The notes below the pieces were generated by a model. The model made no database searches and was not told the origin of the DNA. It saw only the letters and a list, made by a program, of their open reading frames with translations. A DNA stretch of 63,737 nucleotides, counting the filler, from Rhabdomonas costata (lineage: Eukaryota), in the NCBI GenBank assembly GCA_019059605.1. It is 40 parts of 40 records of this genome, joined end to end, with 100 filler letters (N's around TTAATTAATTAA, not from the genome) between each part and the next. Parts side by side here need not be neighbours in the genome. Positions count along the whole stretch, not along the records: positions 1 to 1,496 come from JAHMHO010014492.1; positions 1,597 to 3,108 come from JAHMHO010014493.1; positions 3,209 to 4,704 come from JAHMHO010014494.1; positions 4,805 to 6,300 come from JAHMHO010014495.1; positions 6,401 to 7,896 come from JAHMHO010014496.1; positions 7,997 to 9,492 come from JAHMHO010014497.1; positions 9,593 to 11,088 come from JAHMHO010014498.1; positions 11,189 to 12,684 come from JAHMHO010014499.1; 32 more parts are not named here. The stretch is one strand, 5' to 3'. Shown one piece after another: positions 1-13,126 of this stretch. Numbering within the stretch: the first letter of the stretch is position 1; each line of letters starts with the position of its first letter. The translations under genes were made by a program, and so were the position numbers.

Positions 1-1496
1 TTTGTGTTTGAATGTTCTAGGAGGAACACTTCATGGACGTCAACGACACCTAGATTGCACATGTGTTATTCCTCAGCGTTATTTTTTCCCTTTTCCAAGC
101 GGCTTCGCAAAACCGGAGCGTTCCAGGAGATGGTCCAGCACCTCCTCCCCGATAGTATGCATGCCACTTCGTGTGCTGCTTCAAGCATCTTCGATTTCCC
201 TGTCTCCCATCCAATTCAAACCCCCCCATTTGCTCCATGACTTTCCTCCCTTCTTTCCCTCCACGATGCCATCTCTGGCATAAATCTAGCACATCTCTCA
301 TTTGGAAGTTGTTGAGAAAGGATTTCGTCATCACATCGGAACATCAAAATGGAATTTCGCTGTTCAAATAGTCTTGTAGCCCATTTGTGACTCTTCCGCT
401 GCTTTTTCTGGTGGTGGCTGCTCTTTCGTCTCTCTCAAGCGTGCACGCAAGGAAAAGGAAAAGGAAAAGGAAAAAAGATTAAGAGGTAACTTCATCAGTG
501 AAGCAAACCTGCATATGACAACAATGTAACAAAGCGTCACGTGCTGTCAATTTTCTTGCGCTGTCTGTCGCAATTTTTTCCGGAAGCAATTCCATGGTGG
601 GGGCTTGATCTCCAGCTTCAGGAATCCACTTAAGCCCGGCGCAGTCCTCGGCCTTTGCGAGCTACCAGTTGGACATTTGAAGGTATTTGATATTCCTTTT
701 ACCCACCGCTTCATCCCTGCCTTCTTGTCAGATTGCTGAGTTTGCTTGTGGCGGACTGTGAGCACTGAACCTGTATTATTGCAGTGGCTTGTCTGTCTGT
801 CCCCCCCTCTTTTTTTGTCTGGGTTGCGGCTCAATTTGGTTGGGGGTGGGGGTACAGGTGCGAACGGGTAAGAATCATTGCCCGAAATTAATATTCTCGT
901 GCTTTCCCGGACAACCGTGACTTCCCTGCCCAGCAGCGGTCGTGTTGGGCAAATGGTGAGAACTGGAGATGGTGGAGAGTGTGTAGAGTTTGAAGGGCGG
1001 TGGAAGGCATCACTGTCGGATCACTGCTGTGACAGTGGATGAATGGTTGATGGCTGTGCGGAGGATGGAGAACAATTTTCCGAGAGCTCATCCAGGACTT
1101 GTGTTTGATTTAAGCTCGCCGTTGTGTCGTCCTTTGGGCGTTTGGCTTGCCCCTGCACACGACAGGAACCCGCATGACTGCATTTTTGTGGATACCTTCA
1201 CGCGTTGGCATCCGTGTCACACGGGCGCCGGGCGACCACAGTATGCATGGCCGACAGTGCACGTGCACAGCTTCACGCACAGTTTCACCCTGGATGACTT
1301 TCGCCCTTCTTCCTCGAAGAAGAAAAACGCAGGAACAACGCGCCCCACCCCCACTGACACCTGACACCGCTGAGAAAACCCTCCAAAGTGTTTTTGCACA
1401 ACAGAACAGAACAAATCAGACTGAACTTGTGATTGAAGGAAGGCAAAACCAAAGAGGGACGCATTCCCGCGCACTGCGGGGCGAGAAACGACAACA

Positions 1497-1596
1497 NNNN
1501 NNNNNNNNNNNNNNNNNNNNNNNNNNNNNNNNNNNNNNNNTTAATTAATTAANNNNNNNNNNNNNNNNNNNNNNNNNNNNNNNNNNNNNNNNNNNN
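1497..1596. other. Artificial contig linker (N44-TTAATTAATTAA-N44); first of 39 identical linkers spaced about 1.6 kb apart
   Basis: Identical 100-nt spacer with a six-frame stop core recurs through the window; contigs are about 1494-1512 nt long. Confidence 0.99.
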
Positions 1597-1597
1597 G

Positions 1598-1702
1598 GGT
1601 TTGGTTGCTCACCCGGTGCTCATCCAAAGGCCCGTGATCATCTCCGGGGGCAAAGCTGTGATCGGCCGCTCAGATGACGCTCTGAAGGCCATCGTTCCGT
1701 GA
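1598..1702 (+). CDS. arsC: C-terminus of an ArsC-family (glutaredoxin-type arsenate reductase-like) protein, 5' truncated
   Basis: Translates LVAHPVLIQRPVIISGGKAVIGRSDDALKAIVP* (TGA at 1700-1702), matching the HP.LI.RP...A.IGR motif of the ArsC family. Confidence 0.75.
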   Translation, partial: GLVAHPVLIQRPVIISGGKAVIGRSDDALKAIVP

Positions 1703-2863
1703 GGTTCCGTTGGGCTAGGATACGGTCCAGCCATTGTGCCGTGAGCGCTGGACCCCCTTGGTTAGGCCCGCTTGTGGGTGGAACTGTTCGCCAGACACTG
1801 TGCTTGACTTTCGTTGCTGTTACTTACGATCGTGTTGCGGGTGGATTCCTTCATTCCCAGGCTTCCTTGCGTGCGCGCTATTTGTTTAGAACGGTTTAGC
1901 GTTTAGCCGGTGACGCCGGAAAAAATTTGCATCTCTTCTTTGTTTCTTTGGATGAGCGTTTTCTTGTCGACTTTCACACAAGTTTTTTATTAGCTCTCTC
2001 TTCTCTCGTTCTATCATCATCAAAACTATGCAAACGGGCTCTGGGGTGGATGAGCGCCGGGCCCGACTTCGGGAGCTGCTGCGCACGATGGAGACCGTTC
2101 GGGCATCGACCAAGGTTTAACCACACTCGCAAACGCACGGATACCCACACGAATTCACTTGGCTGTCTCACACGGCAAAAGGCACACTTGCTACAGGCCA
2201 CAGACACAGTTGTGCACCAACAGGTCGTGGGGTCTGCACGACCCTCCTAAAGACAAGGGGCGTCTGGTCGTTGTGTATGAACAAGCGAAGTGGCGCAGAA
2301 GCGAGTGTAGAGGGGGTGTGCATCATAGGCGGGACCAGAGAAGAGGGGAAATAAGCTCTCAACAGATGAAATGGAACAGGAATGAAAAAAGACCGCAACT
2401 GTGCGTTTCTGTGCCCGCGCCCATCTTTCAGGATAACAAACATTGACACGCACACATACCGTACTGGTGTCCTTCGGCACCACATAAGCCAGGCGGACGA
2501 AACTGCGTGTGCGGGTGTGTGCCCGTCCACCAGAAAAGCGGGTCTAAGCCCGGTGTGATGATGGAGGACCCAAACCCAAAAGGGCAATAGCGCCCAAAGG
2601 GAAGTGTACGAGCGCGGAAGGTTGGGTACCCACAAAGGGATCTCTAAACGCGCCAATCGGGGTTCCCAAGGCCCCGCATACACTCTGGATCGGGGGTCAC
2701 ATGGGGTAAACGAACCCTACGTGACAAGACAGCGGGACAAGGTACCATGAGCTGAGAAGGGTGTGAGGCCCGATGGGCCCATGCCCCATCGAAAGGTGGG
2801 AGCCCAGGGGGGAAGTGGACCTCGAGTCCTCCCCAGAAAAAAACTCATCCTTGCCAAGTGCAC

Positions 2864-2866
<3 letters not shown>

Positions 2867-2906
<40 letters not shown>
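2867..2906. repeat. (GT)n microsatellite
   Basis: About 20 GT units seen directly. Confidence 0.95.
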
Positions 2907-2910
<4 letters not shown>

Positions 2911-5540
2911 CACCGTGAACGCGCCAAAAAACCAACAGGTGTGCAGAACAAGCAGCACAAGGACACGCCACAGCACACCGCGCCAAGGCGCCATGTGTGT
3001 GTGTGGAGTGAGGGTTCCAAGTCGGATAGTTGTAGTTCTATGATGGCTTTTTGTATACAGGCCGTGGGGTGGGCCACCTACCCCTTCCCAATCCTTCCCA
3101 CCCAAAACNNNNNNNNNNNNNNNNNNNNNNNNNNNNNNNNNNNNNNNNNNNNTTAATTAATTAANNNNNNNNNNNNNNNNNNNNNNNNNNNNNNNNNNNN
3201 NNNNNNNNTTGTTGGAACGGACCAAGATTGCAGCGGGCACCCGGCATTTGCAAAGAGCAGTCGAAACCTTTCAATCAGCAGAATAGGGAGAAAATGCGCT
3301 TCTTTTTGGAGTTGATTTCAGATTTCAGACTCTGCTATGCGTGGAAACCAAGCGTTGGTCGGATTTAGCAGGCTTTTGTTAGAAGCGGGATCTTTTATTT
3401 CTTTTGTGCTTAAGAAAGTATCGGTTAACGGTTCACGGTTTTGCACACTATCACCGGATGCAAAGCAACAAAGGCACCATGAAATTGTCGTGCCCGATGG
3501 CATGGGCTCCATGCGCCGAGGCCCCACAAACCTGACAGTTGTTGCTGCTTTGCTTTCTCCTCTGGGCTGAACTTTGTACGATGCGGGCGTTCTCAGCTTC
3601 ATCGTGCGGGGAGGCGGTGTGCCAGAAATGGAGTGCGCGGTTCAACTGCGGAAGTTCGCGTTGACCTTGGAAGGTGTACGCACCCATCGATTTCCATCGA
3701 TGTGCAATGGCAGCAGGCCAGGCGTAGTTAGGATTGCGAGGCTGAAAATGGAATTGGAAGGCATGGGGAGCAGTTAGAGGCTTTGGGCTGCACCAGTCAC
3801 CTTTCCGATCGCTGCCCTAATCTCCGATTTCAAGCATAGAAAGTATTTATTGCAAAACCAGAAGTATGCTGTTATCTTTTCGCTTTTTCGTTAAGTCGCG
3901 CGTCTGTGCTTTGGCTCGATGTGTGTGTTCAGGATGCGTTTTAGGCGTGAGGGCTCATTTTGTATTTTCTTTCGTGGGTATGTTTGGATGGACTGCAGTC
4001 CTATTGATTGCCTACAGGAGTTGCCAGTGTGTGCGTGCGCGCCTACGCTGACGCCCTGGAAGTTGTCCCGGAGATGCTCGCGCTGAACGCCGGTACTTGC
4101 AAAGAGATAATGAAAGAGAAAGTTTTAACCTGTTGAGTTTCCCTGACGAAGTCCAACACCCACCCTGCTCCCCGTCTATCAACTATGCGTGTGTGTCAAT
4201 GTCAATTTTGGTCTTTGGTCGGGAAATTTGTCAGAGGTTGCTTTTGTTTCAGAGTTGCAGGCCTTTAGAAACTCAAAGAACGCGTGGTTGAAAAACACTT
4301 GGGAAAAATACTATTCACGGTGGTCTTGCTTTTCGAATGGGCGATGCGGCAGGCTCAATTCTCGCTCCCTCTTCTCATGGACATACTCGTTTTGTCGGTT
4401 GAAATGCACGTAAGCAAGTTGCGCAGAGGGCAACGTTTTCAGATTCAGCACCACAACGTGGGGCGGGGGAGCGGGCGTTGACACCAGGGTGGCACAATGA
4501 ATCAAACTTGTCCAAACTTGCTTTTTTCCACCACCCTGGATGCAGCGGGGGGTGCCCTCACAAATAAGGTGTCAATCGTTCCGACCAAAAACATTACAAT
4601 AAATCAGACGTGAGTGCAAAAGGCTGATTGTAGAAGATGCAACGCAGGAATGAGAGCATTTGTGCAGATGTAGGTGCCCTGATAAAGACCTGACATCGCT
4701 CTGANNNNNNNNNNNNNNNNNNNNNNNNNNNNNNNNNNNNNNNNNNNNTTAATTAATTAANNNNNNNNNNNNNNNNNNNNNNNNNNNNNNNNNNNNNNNN
4801 NNNNGACATCAAAGGGTGCGAAGATGGACTCTGGTTCCACTTTGATAATGAGCAGTTTGCCCCTTTCGTGCAGTGGAATTGCAATCGTGGTCTACGAATG
4901 GAATGACCGCAAGAACGTCCGCCAAAAAGACACACTGTGCAGCACAGAGAAACCGTGAAGACCCTGCCAGGCATCGCGGAGAAGGAGAGAGGGGCGGAAC
5001 CATTGTTCAGCCCCGGAGGCGGAAACAATTGGTGGAAGCGGGACGCACCGCACGCGTGTTGGACGCTCCCTCGGAACCGTGGTGCGAACAACTGTTCGTG
5101 AAAGAAGCGAGCGTAAGGTTTTCCGTCATCTGTAAAGAATCCAGAGAATGGCCGAGCCATGTTCCCAAAAAATCAGTCCCTAGCGGGGCGTGGGAGATGG
5201 AAGCATCCCCAAATAGGGTAGCCCTGGATGAGTCCGATGGGAGGCTGGTGGTGATTGAGATCACAGAACGCCATCTTTTGGAGGAAAGCTCAGATCTGGG
5301 GCAGAGGGAGTGGTGCAAGCGAGTACCCAGAGAGGAACCCCCCACAGTGGGCACGCAGAAACGAGAACGCGGGAAGGGAAGGCCAAACAGCGCTGAGTCA
5401 GACTCAGGAGCATTTGTAGAGTCGGAAAAAGATGCCAGGCTTGTGGAGAAGAAAAGTTTAGAACTAAGTCAGTAAGTTTAGAGCTATGTCAGAATGCGCT
5501 CACACAGGAGAGGCGCAAACTTCAGCAGATGTAGAGCACC

Positions 5541-5657
5541 GATGAACAGGACAAGGCCTTCTATGAAGCGCTGGGAGTGAATATGGGCCTCGTCAACAGC
5601 GATAAGGGCAGCAAAAAGGCGCCTGGCGCTGGAATGCCACCCGGACAAGTTCCCATC
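5541..5657 (+). pseudogene. Frameshifted DnaJ J-domain
   Basis: DKAFYEALGVNM, then a frameshift near 5586 to ASSTAIRAAKRRLALECHPDKFP (HPD motif). Confidence 0.65.
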
Positions 5658-6759
5658 AGAACTTAGAAGGCACCGGCTCTCTGCTGGACCCGAAAGGAAT
5701 GTGTGGTCTGTTCAAGATGGTCTCGTTTGCCAAGCGGTATGCAACAGATTCCCCAAACGGCAAGACAAGAGGACCTACTGGTGCGGGGAGCGCTTGGAGA
5801 CTTGAACATCTCGAGCCCCAGGGACCGCCGCGCCTGCGAGTTGAGCAAGTACAATACATGGGATGTCAGTTGGTGACCGAGCTAGGAAAAGTGTGGGAAG
5901 TTGAAGTAGCACATGTGGATGGGCACCCCACAGCTGTGGAACTGATCCCATATGTAAGATTGTTTGCTTCGCAGTGGGAAGCGGTTGCGGTCCAGAACAT
6001 GGCGCAGGAAAAAGCGTAAATAAAAATTCAGAAGAAGAAAAAAAGAGGGCCTAGCTCTCCAAAAAAAAAAGACGGCCTAGCCCTCAAAAACAAAAGGTCG
6101 ACAAGATCTTCAACGAGGAAGAGGACGAGATGGCCATGAAGGAAGCGAGGCAGAGAAAGAGAGAGAGAGAGTTCAGAGGGGGAATGACAAAGAGCCCAGT
6201 GGATCACCAACCAGGACGGGGACGAGAATTCCATGGAAGAAGGGAAGAAGCGAGGTTGAGAGTGATGACAGTGGGAGAAAGAGCCCAGATAAACACCACC
6301 NNNNNNNNNNNNNNNNNNNNNNNNNNNNNNNNNNNNNNNNNNNNTTAATTAATTAANNNNNNNNNNNNNNNNNNNNNNNNNNNNNNNNNNNNNNNNNNNN
6401 GTTTGTGTTTTTTTCAGAACCCTCTCATTCTGTTCTCCCGAGCAATCCCCCCCCGGTGGGGGGGGATTGCTCGGGAGAACAGAATGAGAGGGTTCTGAAA
6501 AAAAAACAAGCCCAGAAAACGGTCGTAAAGATTTGCCTCGGGAAGGGAGGGTGACAAAGAAGTGTCCCCATGTACCTTGACCCACCCAATTTGACGTTGA
6601 TGCGGGGGTAGTAATAACGGTTCCACGGGCGAAAGTTGCCAGTAGGACAAGGAAAGTGAAAAAATCATCGTTTTTTAGTGGATACGGACAACGCGTTACC
6701 AAAAAAAAAGTCAGTACTTCCACGGGGGTGGGAAATAATCGAATGCCTGCCTAACATTG

Positions 6760-7450
6760 CAAGTCTTTTGGCCTCTGGTGATCGCGAAGTGTCACGCCCT
6801 AGGCCATGCCCTTGCCAATGATATTGCTTTTGTAGAACGCAGACCTTTCGGGATCTCAGCGAAATGGCAACCCACCAGTGACGCGGTCTCCCAACTGTCA
6901 TTCCCTCGTCCCCTTTGTCAATGTGTTCGTGCAGTCCCTCCCTTCCCAAGTGCTATCTCACATCGCGATTGGTGATGGATACGGCCGCGATTGTATCGCC
7001 GTGGAAGAGAAAGATCATGCCATGTCAAAAGGTGCGAGAGGTTTAAAGCGCCGGCAGAGGAACTTTAATGGGCTAACCTTAGTGCTGGCTGTAACCCAAA
7101 CTCCAACCCCGCCGGGTGGTCCTCGTGGGCTGAGGCTGGGGTGGGGCACTTCCCAGGCAGCGAGGTAGCCTCCGTGACATCCCAGCCGTGCACCGAAACG
7201 GAATCTGAAGGAGCACAGGGAAAACACCGTGAAGGTCGTGAACAGAGGAAGGAGTATCGATTTGGGGACCCCAGGGTATTGGGTCGAGCTGTTGATACAA
7301 GAGAAAGACTCCATATGTGTGTTGCAGCAGAAATAGAACAGCGAATAGAAAACAGACTGCAGGCACAGGTGGACACGCGGGGGGACTGCTATTTCAGAAT
7401 CGTGAGACACATCATGGGTCAAATTTCATCACAGACCCACCGGAAGTGGT
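6760..7450 (+). mobile_element. Degenerate non-LTR (LINE) RT relic
   Basis: Broken motifs in the expected order: LVPFVNVFVQSLP..GYGRDC (resembles LSP.LFN..YADD) and RVLGRAVDTRERL..IENRL (resembles YLG..D..L); many frameshifts. Confidence 0.4.
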
Positions 7451-8469
7451 AGACATGTAAAATAAAGAGACACACCGAGTCCTACTTACAATGTCTCCAA
7501 AGTTTCTTGCGTGTATTTTGAACACAGCATTTCGTTAAACACTCAGTAAGGCTGATTAATAATCAGCACGACAGCACAAAAGTCTGTGGGTGGTGACCAC
7601 ACAATCTTCCAGTCTCCTCATCCAAAGAGGATCACCTCCAGAATGGGCTGAGTTTGAAACTTTTCCGATGCGCATTACCGAACAAGTAGCGTTGTGGTCT
7701 GCCCTTTCCCCGGAGCATTTCACCAAGAGATGGAAACAGGAAAGGGAGGGGATAGGGGTTGAGAGCCGTATCGAGCGATATGGAGCAGAAGGCCTCAACG
7801 GGGTGAAAAGACACACCGGGACGGGAAATCTCATCTTGCGGCAGGGGTTGTGGGGTGGGAATGGTGGCGTTCAAAGAGGACTCGATCCCCCCAACANNNN
7901 NNNNNNNNNNNNNNNNNNNNNNNNNNNNNNNNNNNNNNNNTTAATTAATTAANNNNNNNNNNNNNNNNNNNNNNNNNNNNNNNNNNNNNNNNNNNNTACA
8001 CGTTGTGAAGGGGATGGCATTTCTGGATTTAGGTGTCGTTTGCCGACTCTTTAGCCGGAGGATTGGATGCATCCTTGGAGTTGACTGCCAACTTCGGGAG
8101 CAACGGAGAGAGGGACTTTGCAGCAGGAAGCGCAAACCTCGAAACCTCGAAAACCTCGTTGACGGTTGGAAACGTAGCATCTGCAAGTCAACTGTCCATC
8201 TTAATATAGGCAGAGCAATCTTCTTACGGCTCCCTGGGTGTTTCAGGTTGAATCGGTAACTGAACGTCTTTTCTTGCTGAAGTTATCTTGGGGTGTGGAG
8301 GCCAGCGCAACAGGTGCATATGCTCAATAAGTCCCTACCCCAGTGGTCCGACGCATTAACATTGTTGAAGTATCATGTACCTCTTTGCACCTTCCTGTGC
8401 TTGGCTGATCGTTTTTATTTGTTCAAATTGTCAGCATTTTTCCACTTCCCTTTCTTTTGCCCTCTCCAG

Positions 8470-9492
8470 GTTCCCTGTGCGCTGTATGCCGTGCTGCAGC
8501 TCCTGGAGTCTAGTCCAGACTGCGCTTCCGGGAGCGGCTCCTCCCCGACGACCCGACAGACGGTGCTACAAGACCTGGTGTGCGTGATGCAGCCCCACAG
8601 CGGGGCCTGCGATGTCCTGCTCCGGCTAGAGGGCTGGCAGCTCCCCCTGCTGCGAATGCTGCTTCCCTCCCCCGCCGCCGAGGACACTTCGCTGCCCAGG
8701 TGCGTATTCTATTCTAACTGATCACTTGCAGAGTGAGCTCTATTCGTACTAAAATTTACTTTGACTGCTTGCACCCTGGACGCAGTTGGGTCCTAATATT
8801 GTGGCTGCATCCATTCCAGCCCAGCTGCACACACGCACACATACAGCCACGCACACGGTCCACCCCGATACCCGACGAAGTTACAGTGGCGGAGCTCGTG
8901 GCACTACTGTGGCAGAGGGCTCGAGTGCTGAGCACCTTGCCATCACCTTGCGTTATGGTTCACACTACCCAGCAAACTCCGGGCGTTACGCCCAGCCAAA
9001 AAGACCAGGGGTCGGGGGCCCGTTGCGGAAACCATCCCCTTCATCAGCCTGCACGCCATATTCGCCCAACACTAGACGCTGACACTGCCGCGTGCCCTCA
9101 GACATGAGCACCTCTTCTTGACGGACTTGGTGAACTGCAGGAAGATTACGGGCGTGCATTCAATCGCTTAAACACAGCGTGAATCGTAGTTCTCCGCCGG
9201 ATGATGACATATGCTGTACAGTCATTCAGTCACTGTCTGCCGTTGCTCAACTCCACAGGGAGGGCTGCGGCAGTGAAAGCGCCGCGGGGGTTGCCCCTGG
9301 AAGTGGTCACCCGTCGAAGCTGGCCGAGGAGCAGGCGCGGAGCAAGCGAACCTGGGCCCTGGTGCTGGACGTGCTGTGCGCGGTGATCTACCATGCAATG
9401 CTGAAGTACCCGTGGGGGTGGCTGGTTTGGGCAGATACCCTAATGCACATCTGGAAGGTCACGGAGGAGGGCGCGCTGCTTGACAACCCCAC
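8470..9492 (+). CDS. BEACH-domain protein (neurobeachin/LRBA-like); exons 8470-8699 and 9259->9492
   Basis: GT-AG intron 8700-9258 with matching phase 2; VIYHAMLKYPWGWLVWADTLMHIWKV resembles the neurobeachin LYHA.KYEWGGWRVWVDTL segment. Confidence 0.7.
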
Positions 9493-11201
9493 NNNNNNNN
9501 NNNNNNNNNNNNNNNNNNNNNNNNNNNNNNNNNNNNTTAATTAATTAANNNNNNNNNNNNNNNNNNNNNNNNNNNNNNNNNNNNNNNNNNNNGAGTTTTT
9601 TTTTTTTTTTTGGTAACGGTACTTTTTAATTTTCAGCTGCGCGGGGGGGGGGGATGGGTTTTCGTGGGCGCCACCGGCCACCGGGTCGTGCAACGAGGGC
9701 TTTGGAAAAGGCGCTTGCACAGTGGCCGTAACTTTTTGCTGTTCAAAAATATTCGATCAACTTAAGTTCCATGAAAACCGAAAATGTTCCAGTTCCCTTT
9801 GGTTCACATTTATAACCTAATTTCGGTTCCATTTAGAAAGGGGCTCTTGCAAGGTTCACTCGAGATGTCATGAACCACCAGAAAACACACAAAGGCTGTG
9901 ACAAAGAGCACACCGCAAACTGAGCCGGGCTTGCGAATGGCAAAGCGCCGGGAGTGGAAGCGGCAACATCCCCGATTACTGAGGAAACCCTCTGAACTTT
10001 GGGCGGAGGTGGGGAGCCAGCCTCGGGGTCGTCGAATATGACAGGCCTGAAAAGAAAGCGTTCAATGGCGTAAAGAGCGCAAGCACCCGTCGACCTCCTG
10101 CCCGTGCTAGACCACGAACATTTTTCACACAAAATCCCAAGCTCATCCTAAGTTAATGGGAACCATCAAAACGTCTCTAAACGCAACTAGAGCGAAATTA
10201 CATGGAATTCGACTGAATGAATCTTGAGTATCTGTAAACAGACACAATCATGAATAATAATGTACGTAATCAGACAAAATTTGGAAAGCGAAAAATGTTA
10301 TTTTGGGGGATTGGCGCAGTATTCTTTGCACAGAGAGGTGAAAGTATTAAGTATAAATAACGGGACAGTACTAGCAATGGATCAAGGGAACAAGGTCCTC
10401 GTTGACCCAAAATATGATCATCCATTATTTTTTCTCCCTTGTAAGGGGAAAATCTAGGTTGCGGTGATGCTCTAGGTTGCGTTAGTGTCCACAGTGCGCT
10501 CAGTGTGCTCACTGTGTTTTTTAATGAAGGATCAGATTTAAGGATCAACAGCCGGTTTTTTTGGAATTAAAAAATAATGGGACGTCAAATGAAGAGGATC
10601 AGGCATTTTATGAGCGGTTCAATGAAGCAAACGCAGCTCGACTTCTAGGTATTTCGCTGTGAGGCTCAAAGTTAAGGACTTGCCGAAAAGTCGTCGTCGT
10701 GGCATAAAACGGCACTAAACGCGCCAAAGCGTTCGTGTAGTTAGAGCAAAACGAGAAGTTTTTTGCACCAACTCCTTTAGCGTTGGAACAAAAACGTTTG
10801 GAAAAAGTGCACGCTGGGCTGGAAAGTTTTAAAAGCTCAGGCTGAAACCCTTTTAGCGCGAAAACTTAAAACGTTTAAAGAATGCTAAACCAAGCTCTAA
10901 CTTTTATCACCACGCTGTTGTGCAGTTACCTTCTGAAAAACTTACTTGATTATTAAATCAGCCAGAACCCGTCATTCGACGTTGAAAACAAATTTTCCTC
11001 CTTGTGAATGTAAAAAAAATTACGCAAAAATTTGTAAACATTTTCACGCCCAAAATCATACGCTGCTTTGATTTTCTTCCACAACAACNNNNNNNNNNNN
11101 NNNNNNNNNNNNNNNNNNNNNNNNNNNNNNNNTTAATTAATTAANNNNNNNNNNNNNNNNNNNNNNNNNNNNNNNNNNNNNNNNNNNNTGTGTGGTGGGT
11201 G

Positions 11202-11378
11202 TGCAAGGACTATACCGAGATTGGCATCAAGGTACAAAGGGCTACCGATACTCTCACCCGGGGCCTGAGTCGGTTGCGCCTGGAGAAGAGCAACCTCAAA
11301 GCTGGGGAGCGGTTCCCGCTGGAGCAGTTCACGGAGTTGTGCAACAAGCTGTTTGACGAGTAGCTGGCTGCCTGCCAG
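11202..11378 (+). CDS. Probable internal exon of a helical protein (possibly dynein heavy-chain tail)
   Basis: Coding-like frame CKDYTEIGIKVQRATDTLTRGLSRLRLEKSNLKAGERFPLEQFTELCNKLFDE; donor at either 11360 (GTAGCT) or 11379 (GTTCGG). Confidence 0.45.
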
Positions 11379-12299
11379 GTTCGGTGGCGCACCTGCTATT
11401 GTGGTTTGTATGTTACCTTCTGGACCTTTCTCTGTTTCTCGGGGTTTTTTACGGCAGGCTATGTTGTGCCCTCTCCGTTTCTGCTAACTGCTGCGTTTTT
11501 TCTTTTTAAAAGCGGTATTTGGGTCTGCTTGCCCGACTGAATGGCGATGTGTGCAGTGGTTGTCTTTCTTCTAGTTGCTGTAGGTTCAGTTTGAAGGTTT
11601 GTAAGTTACTGTCACGTCCCATATTGGTTTGTGCTACCAAAATCTTGAAGTTAAGGTCCTTCCTTGGAGCCATGCACGTTGTCAGTTTCCCAGAACCGCG
11701 CGGTTCGGTCCTCTTCCTCAAAAGCATAAGGCATGTTTTACTTCAGTAGTTCCAACAGCTCTCATTGCTGCTCTGCATTTGCTTTTTGTCGCCAAAGACG
11801 AAAAAAAACACCGCGACTGCACTGTGCACTTGATAATCAGCCCCACCGCCTCTCGGGGCTGAGGGATGTGGCAGCAGGGAGGACAGTATGGGAGGGTATT
11901 CACCCCAGGGGCCCTCCACAAAGGTCAGCGATGACCAGTAAGAAGAAGCCAACAATTCCAACCCCAGGTCCTCTGCAGGGGAAGGAGGATAGCCCCAAAG
12001 CCGAAAATAGGGACAGCACCCGCCAAAAACCAAAGTCGTCATTCGAAATAAGCACCACCAGAGAGAGTGCAACAGCAACGAGAGCGAGTGAGAGAGGCAG
12101 GGAACGTGAGAGAGAAGGCCAGGAGTCGAGGGAGCCAGAGAAGGGTCGGGGAAAGATTGTCGGGGGGATCATGTAACATCCAGGGAGAAGACAGACGCTG
12201 AGCTGGAGAGGCCGACCGCAGGAAAGGGACCCCCGAGACTCCCAGGGGTGAGACATGAAAGCCGCAACCGAAAGGTGGAAGACGAGCACGTGTGCCTCA

Positions 12300-12640
12300 G
12301 GAGTGCGATGCTGGCAGGGGATGGCATGAAGTTCCAACGGTGTCCCTTTGTGCACCCGAGGGAGGAGCGCCTAGAACGAACCCGCGTAGAGACGGACCCA
12401 GTGCGCAGAGTTACAAGCGGACCATCGAGCTTCGCAAGAAATCAGAGCCCTTATGCTACCACCAACGGGAATCGACAGTTCTCGTAGACGCACCAGGGCA
12501 AGGAGTCAGTGAGGCAACCTCGAGGTGCAGGAGGTTCAGCGGAAGAGGGCAGGAATAGCCCGCAGCGCAACTGTAGAGTGATGTGCTGGCACGGCGACGC
12601 CTGTAGATACCGGTTCTGCCCGTTTACCCATCCGAAAGAA
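12300..12640 (+). pseudogene. Two CCCH zinc-finger motifs in a degenerate ORF (possible retroelement ORF1 relic)
   Basis: VRCWQGMA/KFQRCPFVHP (1-nt frameshift) and VMCWHGDACRYRFCPFTHP. Confidence 0.5.
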
Positions 12641-13126
12641 AAGCTCAAACACCCAACACACACACACACACACACACCAACCCCNNNNNNNNNNNNNNNN
12701 NNNNNNNNNNNNNNNNNNNNNNNNNNNNTTAATTAATTAANNNNNNNNNNNNNNNNNNNNNNNNNNNNNNNNNNNNNNNNNNNNTGTGGTGGGTGTGGTT
12801 GGTTTGTGTGGTGCTAGTCAGCTGTGATGCTGTGATCTGGTGGGGGAAGGATCTTTGGACGGGCATTGTCCTGGGGGTGCTGATGTTGCCATGCTTGCCT
12901 TGAGTTGAGAGTAATCATAGCAAACCCCCGTTGTGTTAAATTCTCACCGAAATGGCAAAATGGTTCCACGTCGTGCACTCACTCGCCCGGAATGCATCTG
13001 CCCTGCGCGTCCTTTTACATGCATTTTGCGGACCCCTGGTATTTCCTTTCTTGTCCGCGACGTTTTTGGTGGCCAGGGTGGCTTTTTTTGCGGGCATCCA
13101 CATGTGCTCTATGTGTGTGGGCGAGC

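Noticed and set aside
1541..1552. Regularly spaced TTAATTAATTAA motif that could look like a CRISPR or repeat array
   Set aside because: It is an artificial linker inside N runs; ORFs ending in X...LIN are artefacts of it
6407..6508. Long perfect hairpin
   Set aside because: One arm runs to the contig start and ends in G/T primer bases, typical of an amplification fold-back chimera
11361..11363. In-frame TAG in an apparent exon, suggesting stop-codon reassignment
   Set aside because: A GT donor at 11360 would make it intronic, and no in-frame TAG occurs in the long RT or TPR ORFs or in the conserved exons; one case is not enough
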